A stretch of DNA of 61,485 nt, filler included, from Sphacelaria rigidula (taxonomy: Eukaryota), in NCBI GenBank assembly GCA_964200075.2. It is 11 parts of 11 records of this genome, joined end to end, with 100 filler letters (N's around TTAATTAATTAA, not from the genome) between each part and the next. Parts side by side here need not be neighbours in the genome. Positions count along the whole stretch, not along the records: positions 44,792 to 50,289 come from CAXNAA020026831.1; positions 50,390 to 55,887 come from CAXNAA020026832.1; positions 55,988 to 61,485 come from CAXNAA020026833.1; 8 more parts are not named here. One strand, written 5' to 3'. A program made the position numbers and the translations under genes. Below are positions 47,458 through 59,960 of the stretch, one piece after another. The notes under the pieces were generated by a model. It was not told where the DNA came from. It saw nothing but the letters and a program-made list of their open reading frames with translations, and made no database searches. Each line of letters opens with the position of its first letter. Positions within the stretch are counted from its first letter, which is position 1.

Positions 47458-47931
47458 GGCCGCTTCTCATAGACTGAAAAAAAATCTGTGAGAAATGCCC
47501 TTTTGAACCTTTCATCACGAATTATTGACGGAATACGGGCCTTAGCGGATTTGGCCTCCTCGGAAATACTTCCTCTATTTCTCACGAGGATTCTAGCACG
47601 CTTGTCCGATATTGCGAACACCCAGTTTTACTCTTGGCCGGATTCTGGATTTTTTCAACCACCTGAAAATTCTTCGAGTTGTCGGCAAAAAGTACGTATT
47701 TTTCCCGACAAGTGGACGATTTTCGCGGCGACTGGAAAATCCAGCATCCGGCCAAGAGTAAAACTAGGAGAATGAAATAACGGATAAGCGCTCTGTAATC
47801 CTCGTGAAAATAGAGCAAATCTTTCCGAGGAGGCCAAATCCGCCAAGGCCCGTATTCCGCCAATGCTCCGTGGTGAAAGGTTCAAAAGGGCAGTTCTCAG
47901 ACAGATTTTTTTCAGTCTATAAGAAGCGGTC
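47458..47931. mobile_element. 474-bp foldback PIF/Harbinger-type MITE
   Basis: TGA on both flanks (47455-57, 47932-34); ends GGCCGCTTCTCATAGACTGAAAA versus GACCGCTTCTTATAGACTGAAAA; arms stay complementary for about 200 bp. Confidence 0.88.
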
Positions 47932-48756
47932 TGAGAAAAAGAGGAGTGTTCGAAAGTGTTATGTTAACGAGATACATTCGCCGAGGAAACTAGATAAGTT
48001 GACAAAAAAATTAAAGCTGATGCGTCCAGAACGATAGTAGTAATAGTACTCGTAGACAGGTCTGTGGACACTCGCGATGAGTTTTTAGTGTGTTTTGGGT
48101 GAGGTGCATATCCATCTAAAGAACTACAATCGAACTTCTCGTAATCCCGGTCCCGTGTTGTCGGCAAGATGGACTAGTTCTGTTCCTGTAGTGTCGGTTG
48201 AAGAAGAAATCCGCTATTCCGGAAACCTCCATTTATCACTACAGAACTATGCTCACTGCTACGAGAAATATTGATGTTTAGTGGTACCCATTTTCGTTCA
48301 GTCAACCAGCATCTCTGTTGCTTTTAATTTGCGGGGGACTTTGCTGACTGTACCATGTTGGAATAAATATGGCTGTCGTGGCTTGTGTAGAGAATACACC
48401 ACGTTCGACTGCCAACGTGACAGGAATAATTGGTTCAACTGGTGAACCCAGGTCTGAGAAAAGAGCTCGCAGAGGCTGCACAGTGTTGGTTAAACACTTG
48501 CTTGTGGCAATGAGAAAAATATGGTTTAAACTTGGCGCTTCATCCGGCCGTTACTCAAATCAAACACAATCAGCCTCTACTCCGCAGAACACTGATGCCA
48601 ACAAGCTGGTGGGCTTGCTTGAGGTGGGTCGCTTTGGAGAATCTTAGCGTAGGGCTATTTCACTGTCTCGAGAAAACTCTTGGACACTAAATAACTGTTA
48701 ACCCGAACTGTTGATATCTTAGACTCTTCGTACTCAACCCTTCAATATTCTGACAA

Positions 48757-48962
48757 TGGAGAGTTTCGGAAAACACTTCTATGTCATTTCAGAGTGCGAA
48801 TATCTCAAGATCACAGTACAGAATAAAAAAACACACCTCATCGAAAAAAAAGTCAACGGGATACCACATTTGACGGAGAGATACATATTTCTTCGTTACA
48901 CTCTGATCCTGAGATATTTGCACTCTGAAACGACAGAAAAAAATGTTTTCCGAAACTCTCTA
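48757..48962. mobile_element. Second copy of the 200-bp MITE
   Basis: Colinear with 45620-45820, same TIRs. Confidence 0.85.
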
Positions 48963-50012
48963 ATATGATGACTTTCTTTATACGAGCTATACAGTACACG
49001 AACTAGTTATTATTCTACGATGAATATTCCACTTCTTCGGTTATTACTACGATCTTTGTTTCAACGACGGACCGTGACTGGTTTTCCCTCTAATCTTGAG
49101 TTCGTATATTCGTAACTTTTATTTCTTCATGTCCAACATAGGGTATGCGAACGTCACTATATATACTTGTTCTTCATCACGAAAAAAGTGGATATAATGC
49201 ATGCCGAACGTCTTTCCACTTGGAACATTGGAAAATTGGCGACGATCTATTCTCGTCCGTGGTTGATGAACCAAAAACGAAACTATCCCTCTGAAGATTT
49301 CGAACGTGTTGGAAACATTTTCAAACGTATCTACTATTTCCAGCAATAACCGTTTAGCCTTCACGACGTTGCGGAACACGTTTAGATTTAGAGTCGTAAA
49401 CTGCTCCAGTATCAATGAGAAACGATACGTTTTTGTTGAACAAATAAATGATGAAATAGAAGGGAACTGATAACATTAACCATCAGGACATTCCTCTCAC
49501 TAATGTGCTATTGTACATTTTGAGTAGATCATCATTACACGTCGCACATGATGATGAAATGCATTCTGGATTTTCCCAGAACGAATGCATTCAATGCGGG
49601 TGAAAAGTATTATACCCCGCCGAGATTCCAAAGAATCACCGGCACCGTAGGTAAGGTAATTACCCGGTACCTGTATTTGGGACATCTCATACCCTTCCGA
49701 AATAAACAGAGAGAAGCAACAACAACAACAACAACATGAGGGGCCGCAGGAGGCATATATATATGTATATATTATACAAGTAATATGCTTCTAGTATGCT
49801 CCAACAGCACGGCCGCAGGCATGTCGCACGGCGCATCAGCTGCGATTCACGCCCTGGATCTGAAACGCTTCTCTGCACTGCCAGACGACAGTTTTGAAAT
49901 GGTATAGAGGGTGAGGACATGCCCTACACTACCGATGATACCGACCCAATCTGGTATTTTCGAATGTCATACCGTCATCATCCATTGGTCGCTGTTGGCT
50001 GTATGATGACAG

Positions 50013-50158
50013 ATCGACGACGTCGTGGATGCAGCCCCGGTGCACATGTTCTGCGGGGCGTGGGGTGTTCTCGCCGCCGGCCTCCTGGCCGAAAAAGATA
50101 ACTACGGAGAGGCCTACTACGCAGACAGGAAGGGTGACTGCTGCGGAGCTTTCTACGG
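50013..50158 (+). CDS. AMT1: Ammonium transporter (AMT1 family) exon
   Basis: CAG|ATC...GG|GTGAGA, 146 nt: IDDVVDAAPVHMFCGAWGVLAAGL..., the IDD-x4-PVH-x2-CG-x-WG motif with the second pore histidine. Confidence 0.95.
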
Positions 50159-50215
50159 GTGAGAATCTACATACTTGTGCAGTGGTAGCGTTCAACGTCC
50201 TCCTACCAAGGCTTC

Positions 50216-50289
50216 CAAGGGTCGGACAAATAATGATTCGTCTGGAAATTACTTGGTTTCAGTATGATGAGTCGACTCGTGACGAATCA
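50216..50289 (+). mobile_element. Terminus of a young MITE-like repeat; near-identical copy at about 61414-61485
   Basis: AAGGGTCGGACAAATAATGATTCGTCTGG...GACGAAT ends two different contigs with one mismatch. The start CA..GTCGGACA resembles the TIR at 61356-61369. Confidence 0.75.
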
Positions 50290-50389
50290 NNNNNNNNNNN
50301 NNNNNNNNNNNNNNNNNNNNNNNNNNNNNNNNNTTAATTAATTAANNNNNNNNNNNNNNNNNNNNNNNNNNNNNNNNNNNNNNNNNNNN

Positions 50390-50458
50390 CGAAAGGGATG
50401 CGTGGTCAATGGTCAAACGACTAAGGCAAGCAACACATGAGAACGCCCCCCCCCTCCA
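50390..50458 (+). mobile_element. 3' end of the poly-C-associated family at a contig start
   Basis: GGGATGCGTGGTCAATGGTCAAACGACTAAGGCAAGCAA..GAGAACG followed by a C-run. Confidence 0.75.
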
Positions 50459-51015
50459 CATTTTTAAACACAGCGCTCGGCACCATGTTGATGTTGACGA
50501 GATAGGTAGCCTGTCTCTACTACAAAGCACAGCACGTTCACAACGGCACCCCACACAATGAGGTGACATGATGTGCACTCACGTGGCTTGAATCCTCCAT
50601 CAACAACATCTTCCCCGATGCTGCTGCTGTGCATTTGTAGTACTTCGGGTGTATCGTTTACTGTTATTGGGGCAGACACATCTCATATGTTGTACATGTC
50701 GACCCGGTGTCTCCCGAGTGGGACACTTCCCTGCTGTAAGTGGTCTGTGTCGGTGGGATATTGCAGCTGATCTCAGTGCAAATTCCTTGTGAGTACCAGA
50801 GCATTTGTATCCACGGTTGGTCGCCACGCGTGTCGCTCGTAGGTGTAGCTATACCGAGACCCGCTGTCCCCGCTTTTTGCGGATGCCGTGTTCGATACTT
50901 GATCGACACGTACTCTCTTTCACAGTCGTACTGAAGTGGCCGTGGCACTGTTCATTGGTGACGGTACGTAATATGGTCGTGTTCTGTCCTTGGTATGATC
51001 CCCTTTCCTGGTCAG

Positions 51016-51087
51016 GCGATATCCCGCGGGAGTTGGCTCGCCTCGGTCGTCTTCGAAAGCTGTACCTTGGCAGCAACGAACTAACTG
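51016..51087 (+). CDS. Single 72-nt leucine-rich-repeat exon
   Basis: CAG|GC...ACTG|GTGAGT, exactly 24 codons, phase 1/1: (G)DIPRELARLGRLRKLYLGSNELT(G), matching G-x-IP-x-EL-x2-L-x2-L-x2-L-x-L-x2-N-x-LT. Confidence 0.9.
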
Positions 51088-51579
51088 GTGAGTCAAAAGT
51101 CGAGTAAGTGCCGCGACGAAGGCCGTGTTGCTTCGCAGGTTTGTTATCGTGTATGTAGCCGGTGTTCGAAGCAAGTCTGTCGACGAACGTCCCGTGCCGG
51201 TTTGATAGTTGACTGTCCCGTCGTCTCTCGTACTCACGATGCAAGCACAGACACAGCTGTAAAAATTTGAGATACAGTACATGGTTCAGATATCTTGCCG
51301 TAGGTGGTCTGTGTGTTGGATCACACGGGCGACAGCGGCGAAGGTCACCGTATTTTTCTCCACATTCGTCACATTTGTGGCCCATGTTGTAAACGTAGTT
51401 TACGAAGCTGCTCTGTTGTAGTCTCAACATAGTACGTCATGATTCAGCGGAAAACACTTGGGACATCTTCGCATGCTTGTTGACGGATCTTACTGTACCT
51501 GGCGGAAATATGAGGATGTGATAGTGTCATTCAAGCCTTCATGCAGTACGTTCCGTGAGATGGTGTTTTCATTGATCGA

Positions 51580-51660
51580 TGATTGATCTATGCATTGATC
51601 GATTGATTGTCGTAGTTTGACTGACCCCCCCGGGATCCAGCCGTGGTCTCATGGTGGATG
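51580..51660 (-). mobile_element. LINE/SINE-like 3' end with (AATC)-type tail
   Basis: Minus strand GAGACCACGGCTGGATCCC...CAATCAATCGATCAAT; related ends at 13625-13693 and 37652-37720 on plus. Confidence 0.55.
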
Positions 51661-51812
51661 GATAAAAAGTCAAAACTGAAATACTCACTGAAGAAAGGAA
51701 GGAACGGAAAATAAAAAGTCGAACGGAATGACATTATAGACTGAGACGTGTAGAAGAAAAATCATTGTCCTACACTACTGTACAAAATGTGTTGTCCTAT
51801 TCGAGGCGGTTC

Positions 51813-51893
51813 CCCCGGGGCTCAGTTGATAACTTCGAAACCGTCTGACGGGTGGCCATGAGTTCAAATCTCCGAGCGATGGGGGATTCGTTT
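51813..51893 (+). mobile_element. Decayed tRNA-derived SINE-like head
   Basis: GGGGCTCAGTTGA A-box-like motif and GAGTTCAAATCT B-box-like motif about 40 nt apart. Confidence 0.4.
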
Positions 51894-51896
51894 CTC

Positions 51897-52200
51897 ACAC
51901 ACTATCCAACAGTGGAGAGCGATTGTGTCGTGGGGACACAAAATTCGACTCCACGGTCGACGAAGGAAAGGGACTGCTGGACCCCTCTCGCGATGAAAAT
52001 ATAAAGCAAGCGCCGCAGGAGGAAGGTGCAGCACTCAAACAGACGGAAAACAAGAAACTCCTGTGTTGACCTTCCTCCTGTGTGACCCCGGCTGGTGCGC
52101 TCACACATACCGAAAGGTGTAGACCGGCGTCCAAAATAAATGGGACGACAATACACACAACACACACTGTACCGCAGCCCCCGCAGTATGTTTTTTCGCC
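51897..52200 (-). mobile_element. Dispersed repeat, probable non-LTR 3' region
   Basis: Shares about 77 bp with 2767-2843. The class is an inference. Confidence 0.5.
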
Positions 52201-55200
52201 TTGTGTGTTGTGAGTTTTGTTTGAGGTCGTGCGTTTCGATGTAGCATTCGAGCATGTGAAAAGCATGCAAGTGCACGAACGAGGTGGTGCCGAGAAGGCG
52301 CATCGTCGTGATCCGCGGCCACTTTGAAAAAAGTTGGCCGTGTCTTGTTGACGGATTTCAGGCCCCTAGTTTCGACGTCTCATTTATCGTCATTATTTTC
52401 TCTTCAATATAGGCCGTTTTGATTATGGACCTGTTGTCATGGTGAGCTGTATGGCCATCCACCACTGCTCTCGGAGTGGGTTTGTTCAACAACCGAAGTA
52501 TCAACCCCTTGTGCGGTGCTGTCCCTATAGCCTTCGCAGGCGTCTGGTGGTCCGCAGCAAAGCTGCAGGGGCAGATGGTTCAGAGTACGTTTTTGTTTTT
52601 TCCATCTCCGTTTGTTTATATTTACTAGCGTCCCATCGTCTCGAAAATAACATTAGAATTGCTGACGGCGTTACTGATACATTAATACATATAGCAAATA
52701 ACATTGAAGCTCGCAACGGCGTTACTGATTCGTACGTACGTGAGTGAGCAGTACGGCGTCCACTCTGACGGATTTAAGCTACATACATCCCACAACGCTA
52801 CCGTTGTAAAAATATACAAGAATTCGGCAGACATACTACGACAGTACGGTTGTATACGACTGCCAAGAACAATCAATCGCTGTCAGGTCAGAATGAGAGT
52901 CAAGGTGGGAATCAAGATGTCATATCGTATCGCCCTGTCCATCGTCTTGGGCCATATTTTCCCCTCGGGTAAAATGTCTCGCCGTCAACGCTAATCCGCC
53001 ATACCTCATCGCTTTCCCCTTTTATCCCCATTCCAAGGGTGGGTGTTCAACTCGCCATCTGTACATACTCATAGCTCGCGAAGCGGTAAGTTCTTGACCC
53101 GACACGATTTTGTTTTTCATTTCACTCCACCCTAATGTCGATCGACAAAATCGTGGAAATCGGCGAATCAGCCCTGATTTTACCCGACGTGCACTGCCGC
53201 TGTAGGTTCACGATAAACGGCGGAATTGTCATACAATCTGAAATGGCACTGTCGACTGCTGCCGAGATAGCCCCCCCCAAACCGGCCAAAAAATGCACGG
53301 GGACGATACTCATAAATGCCGTTAGAGCTGGTTTCTTGCTGCCCGATGCGACTCATTTGGGCGTCATAGCTGATTTCGCACTGCTACACGCCTCTCATGT
53401 GGGCAAAGTTGCTGTAAACGAGCCCAACAGTGGAATCGCAGCCGGTTTGCCGGACGGTCTTCGGTGCACTTTTTGTAGGGGGGCTATCTCGGCATTAGTC
53501 TGTCAGAAAATATTCACTCCCCGTTCGTGCTCATCGGCGTATCTGTCATGTTTCGATCCGACTAGCGCTGCCGCTGTACGTTCGCTAGGATGAGCGAATT
53601 TGTAAATGTAGTAAATTGATACGTTACGACCCGACATAGACAGCCGTGTGGTTATCGGCAAATTTCAATGTTTTCCTCGCGTCATTTGTTTGGTTCTTGC
53701 GCTTAAAGACGGTTTAATAAGTTTTACCTCTTTTATGGTGCAAATTTTGATACGTTGAATTTCACGGATGACCCAACGTCTACAGCCGCTCTGCAATGGC
53801 TCATCGGTCAATTGGTCAAATTTTACTCCCCGCTCGTGATCGTCGGCGAATCGGTGAAATATTCCCACGTTTTCGCTCAGATTCCAATACGTTGCATTTC
53901 TCGATTGAGCCGACGTGTGTAGCCGCTATTCAATCGTAATCATGGGCATTTCTTTCAAATTACCCACCGCTGCTGATCGTCGGCGAATTTGTAAAGAAAA
54001 CATTTCAGCACGTGGGGAGACGGAGGCATGTCCCCGTCGACCCCTGGTAGGAGGTACCTATATAACCCTGTGCCTTGAATTCCCCCTCGACGGGAAGCTC
54101 CTTCTCATCGACTTAACAAAGCGCTCGATCAGAGACGATAATGGATTTCACGGGGGTCACCAGCAAAACATAACTACGCTCCTCTTGAGCCACGCACCAC
54201 TGGTCTGTTCATTATTGTCTTGTAAAAATATTTTCGCCCGCCCGCTGGTCTGATTTTGCGGAAATTATCGTATAAGTGAAATATTTTTCGATTCATTTTG
54301 TCTTCACCTTGTCCAAAAAATAAAATTCAACCATCCATCCTCCAAACAGTCTTCAATTAATATATTTTCAACATATTCTAAACTATTCACACTATTTCGT
54401 CTCCCCCTTGTCCAAAAACAAAAAAACAAACTATTAAGCCCATATACCAGACCAAGTATATATATATATATCCCATCCCATCTCAAACGTTCACATACTC
54501 TTTGAAAACTACACAAACGATTCTTTGAAATAAGTTTGTATGCGGAATTGAGGTTCAAGGCCACAACGATGTTTTCTCCATACCTTCAGCATGACCACGA
54601 CTTTTTTTGTCGGCCTAATGCCCATTCATTGCGTGAATACTTTTTCTTTACCTACTCTGTGAGCTTACAGCGCTGGCCGAAACCGTCATTTCCCCTGATA
54701 CCACACCCAAAGTCAGAGGAAACGACGGCTCCGGTCACGGCTGTAAGCTCACGGAGTCGGTAAAATGCACTGAAGGAGTACTCACGCAATCTGAGGGCAT
54801 TAGGTTAACAAAAAAGTCATCGGGCACCATCGCCGGAAGTGTGGAAGAGCATCGTTTTGGGCTTGAACGTCATTTCAGCATACAACCTCATTTGGTGGAA
54901 TTGTCTGCCAATACTCCTAGTCCCAACCCCAATCCTGGGATAAAATTGCTACCTTCGCTGGAACAGAAGACCTGAAAATATTTCCGTCAGTAATGGTCGG
55001 CACTCTATCTACTTGATTTCAGAAAAGAGAAAGTTGTGAGAGAATTCATGGTTTGAGGCAGGTGATGCAATCAGTCTTGTTGTATTATTTCCTGTACCGG
55101 GATTTTCCAACTGAGCCACCGGGGCGACCAGCATCTACATCAAAAATACCTTTGTGCGAATATAGTTCTCTTTTTTTTCGCAGTTAACTCTGTTCTACTC

Positions 55201-55586
55201 TACCTTTTGTGTTTCTCATTTGTTATTGGGCGAGTGTTCCAGTGTTTGTTTTGTCTCGGGAACGTGTATCATGTGACCTGTGACCACGGCTACATCCCTG
55301 GGGGGTCGGTTGGAAGGCGACAAGCATTCTACGAAACCAAAATGGAGAACTCAAGGAGGGTACCAGCAGCGGTACTAGAGCCACTGCAAGGTGTGCAGTA
55401 CCCCCGCTCCCCAACGCCGGGATTCACGCTCGTCATCCGTTGTTGTGTGATTCTATTTCAGGGTTTTGACACGACAGTCAAGTAGCCGGTGTAAACTCCA
55501 GAACTAGATTCGCCGAGCTGAAAACGAATTCGAAGTAGTTAGTACTACACCCCGAGCTAGAGTAGAGTGGTTGGTGGGGGGATAAT

Positions 55587-55887
55587 CCCCCCCCTCCCCC
55601 CCCCGCTCTCTTGTGTTGTGCGGCATGGGAGAACCTCAACTCCGCACAATGGGGATGATCGTACTACGTAGTGTTTACATGGTGAGACACCCATGAGGCA
55701 GTGCATAAGCCATGGCTATTTCTGAAAGTGGCGATACCAGAAAATGAAGCAACTCATTGTATGTTGTCACCCAAATGCAAGATCATCAACAGGCTAAGGG
55801 TCGAGCAGTCTTAGCGGGATGAAGGTCACCCTTCATGCGACTCGCCGAGCACACCACGGCGCTTCGCGCTCGGTGATTGAACGCGAG
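55587..55887 (+). mobile_element. Copy of the poly-C-associated family with its 5' junction, cut by the contig end
   Basis: C-runs at 55587-55604 precede homology to 9787-10058. Confidence 0.8.
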
Positions 55888-56322
55888 NNNNNNNNNNNNN
55901 NNNNNNNNNNNNNNNNNNNNNNNNNNNNNNNTTAATTAATTAANNNNNNNNNNNNNNNNNNNNNNNNNNNNNNNNNNNNNNNNNNNNCGTATTACTTTTT
56001 TCCGTAGCTCATTACGTTTCTTCCATACATTACACAAGAACCTCTTACACATCTTATCCACGTCCTTCTAGAAGTCAAGGGAGAAAAGGATATTTGCTCA
56101 TGATGCGTGAGGTTGTCCTCGGTACACATCCCCACAGAATAGAGCAGCACATGGCGGACCGCCACCGAAGCAAATGTCATGACATTGATTGATGCCAAAA
56201 AATAACATTTGGTCGAAGATGCAAGTTGGCGCCAATGGCATGGTCGCATATTAGTTTCAGTATGTACAGGCAGTCACTTGAAATATCGTGGCTCCGCCGA
56301 CCTGGGCATACATCGTGCCTAG

Positions 56323-56960
56323 TGTAGAACAAAAATCACTCTTCGTTTCTTGGCTTCTCCGCTGGAACCCTCAGACACAACAGCCGGAGTTCATGTGTGA
56401 ATTCGTCCTCTGCAACTCAATACATGAAGGGTACTCGATGTTGAAAGGCGATTGTGCCCTTTGTGCACAGCCGTACAGCACGAAGCAGCACCTGGTGGCA
56501 TGCCACAAAGTGAAATGCCGTCACACACTGCTCGCCGCAACAAAAAAAACACACGTAGCCCAAAACGAAGCTTGTCGAAAGTTGCATACATTTCATCTCA
56601 ATCTTATATAATCAAAAGTATATGCAGACAGTTACTAAATACATGACCGCAGTCGCCAGCAGATGTAAGGCAGTGCACGTACTAAAATCGCTCTGACTAT
56701 TTGGCTTCTGCACTGGAGCCCTGACAAAAAGCAGCCACCAGCCTTGTCTTTCTTGTGTGAACTCTCCCTTTGCAATTTCACACTTGAAAGGATATTCGCC
56801 GTTGAAAGGCGAAATTGCCCTTTGTGCACAGCCGCACAGAACAGAACAACACCTGGTGGTACGCAACCAAACTGCATGTCGTCACAATTTGCATGCGCCA
56901 AGGAAATAATTATGCGCACCGATTTTTTTGAATTTGCCATCTTTGACCTCGAAAGACGGT
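56323..56960 (+). repeat. Diverged duplication (period about 350 bp) of a Cys-rich coding-like unit
   Basis: WLLRWNP..FMCE..LCN..LKGDCALCAQP..QHLV versus WLLHWSP..FLCE..LCN../LKGEIALCAQP..QHLV (second copy frameshifted). Confidence 0.7.
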
Positions 56961-58766
56961 ACTGATCCTCAACCCAAAAGTGCCGATCGCGCAACGCTTA
57001 GATCTCGGCAACGAAGCGGGGGATTGGAGTGGGGTTAGACGCGCTTCTCACACATCCAAGCCATGTCGCCTGGTTTGTTTTTCGCGTTTGCGCGTGATAG
57101 TGACTAGCAAGTAACCCAAATATACCAAAATAAGGTGTTGTCCGCTCTGGGGAGGAGTTTCCGTGCCGCTGACGCGACGCCAGCGAAATGTCAGACTAGG
57201 TTCCCTAGATCTATGCGGGGGCCTGTCAAGTGCCGTGGACCGGCTTGCTTCGTGTGTCGAGAACCGAGCGATCTCTAGTGCTACAGCTTTCCTGTACTAG
57301 CCCAAGTTAAAAAGTGATGAAGCATGTGTTCTATAGTACTAGTGAGGGCCTCGGCACAGGTTCGACCACCTACTGACGTGTTCATTATTTCTCCGCCATA
57401 TCTTTTATTTCAAATCTTGTGTCGATTTTGGGTCGTAAGGGGTCCCATTCCTAGCCATAACAGTTATGGGGGTGAATAAAGGCCTTACCGACCAAAACTC
57501 CGTTTGCCACAAAACATAAAATGAACGCGGAGGGATATTCAAGACGTATTGGAGACGTCATGGACTGTTGGGACCTGTTCCGAACCTGTTCCGAACTTCT
57601 GCCGAGTATAACACACGCTCCATCCAAAGTTACCCAGGTTAGGTATGCGACAGCTGTAATTTTTCATCGCGCAGTTCTCGAGACGGCAAGCACAGCGGCC
57701 TCTGGAACTTCACAGCCTCCCGCACACAAACTGTACCTATTCAGCGCCGCAAGCGGATTTGCTCAATTCGCCACAGCGGATCCGAAACGCCCCAGAACGT
57801 TGCAGGAAACACGTGTTCAGTACTTTTCGTGTTTGGTTTCGTGATTGGTGCAACGGTTTGCAACGTGCTGTGGCCCCCGCGGCCCTCGCGGCACGCGTTA
57901 CGGAAACTTGCTTACAACACTTAACAGTTCTGGTGTGTGGGAAGCGCATGCATCAAACGGCAGTACAATCCTCTGCTTCGTTGCCGAGAAAATAGAGTTG
58001 AAAGATAAGCACAACAACATACTGCAAGAAGAGGGGCACAACAACAACACGAGCAGCAGCTTCTATCCTCCTGTTGTTGTAACCGTGTGTACAGGAGTAC
58101 AGCAACGTCAGTCACAGGTGTGTTGTAGAATGTACTATAGCAATAGTACATTTTGTATGAGCGCCGTCGTCATTTCGAGTGACGCGTGTACTTGTGATTG
58201 ATACTGATTGGCTCATTTAGGTGTTATTTATTCTGCGTTAACTGGCTGTGTAGTTGGTCGGTCCATTTTCCAGGTATGTAGTGCCCAAAATCGGGCCCCA
58301 ATCACCCCCATGATCGTCTCTTCTCTAAACAGAGGACTGAAGGACAACGGGAGAGTGAAAGCGGTGAGGGATTGATACCGTGGAAACCATGCAGCGGTCG
58401 CACAACCAAATCCATTCTGCGTCGGTAGAAACACGTACCTGCAATCACATTGAATTACCTTATCCGACATACCGTGACGCGTTAATCTCGTCAGCTGTTA
58501 CACTATCAATATTAGGCCTACCGTAATCCACGTGGCGTAGTTGCTTGCTCACACGAAGCTACTGTAAGAAACCATGATGGCACGTCTTCTACCTCGACAC
58601 ACAGCGTAACACGTTTCCTGCATGAAATCCCATGAAATCCTGCAGATATAGAAAGGAACAGGTCCATGGTTCATGATTTTATTGGGCCGCCAAATGATGC
58701 ACCGTAAGTTTCTACAGATTCAAATTCAGACACAGACGAAGACTGGTGTTGTCTGCATTTCTAGCA

Positions 58767-59960
58767 TAGAGCTGTCAGTCAACGCTGACTGACAGGTAAG
58801 GCTGTATACTGGCCGCGCCAGCGGCCAGTATATCGACTTTCCCCCAGTAACTCGCACGCCGATTACGTGGAAAAACATCGGCGGCGAGCGCCGAAGCCGC
58901 GATCCCCAAAACGTCCGACTGGGCCGGTGAGTGAGCCTCGGGGGAGCGCCGCCGAAGGCAAGAAAAAATGCGATATTGGGCTTGCTTTCCCTTCAAATGT
59001 GTGGATAGTTGTAAAAAATGTGACCCCTTACATTGAGGAGCTAAGATGCTTAGATAACATCGAAATCTCATTCAAGGCGGTGAACGATTCGAAAACCATT
59101 AATCTGTAGCATGCAGCAGCGGAGATTCTCCGTGAGGAGCGGAGGGTGGGAACAAGGGAGTCAAGGCTGGCAGCACGGAGGACAAGAGCGTAAAATAATG
59201 TACGTCCGGGCCGACAAACATGCATATAGTTGAACAGTAAGCCATGGTGTATTTTGTATTTTGTGATCGCGGGTGGCCGTTCGTTATTTTGTTTTCACAT
59301 GTCTTGTAACGAAACGACAAACCTTGGCGCATATCCGCTACATCACGTCGAGGTGTAGTGAGCATGTGCTGCATCATGTTCAAAACGATCTTGATCATGC
59401 AATTGGCAGTTGGCAATTGGGGTTTGGCGTTCGTCAGTTCTGCATCGAGCGTCCCGCCGAATGTAAATCACAACTCCTTTTTCTTTCTTTATTTTCCTCA
59501 TTCGGCGGACCAGCCGTCGACCGACACGCTACGGGCGACAAAAAGTGGAACACTGCAGAAGCATGAGGTATTCACGACGCAGATGGGACAAAACAAGCAG
59601 AAAATACCTGAAGCAGTCAGCTAATAACTGACCCAGGGCAAACCTGGTCTTCATGCGCTACAGTATAGTACTACCACAGAACGCCAGACCTATGCTGTAC
59701 AAGTCGACCGAAACACCATAGACGGCGCATGAAGCTGCGCACCGCTACTTTATGCGTCATTGACGCAAAAAAATTCCGTCGACGCCTTCGAAGCGCCCCC
59801 CGTCTTAACTGATACTCCATATTCCTGTGCACCTGTCAAGTGTAGGCCTCAATGGTACAGCCATACTGTATATACCGCTGTAAGCATCTTTGCTAAAAAC
59901 TCACCACACTAAGATTGGTTTCGAAATAGACGTTAGGACAAACCTCCAATGAACTGGGTA
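58767..59960 (+). mobile_element. hAT-family element homologous to 31740-32372, right end interrupted
   Basis: Starts TAGAGCTGTCAG; 59062-59365 aligns with 31828-32122, and 59880-59958 with 32205-32285. Confidence 0.7.

Noticed and set aside
50260..50289. Hammerhead-like ATGATGA-GTC..GAC-GAAT (also at the window end)
   Set aside because: The core deviates from CUGAUGA/GAAA at catalytic positions, and GACGAATCA is better explained as an inverted repeat of TGATTCGTC in a MITE end.
50158..51087. AMT-LRR fusion or gene cluster
   Set aside because: The exons lie on different contigs separated by an artificial linker.
53135..53593. 152-aa ORF
   Set aside because: No recognisable motif or splice signals; probably the interior of a non-coding repeat.
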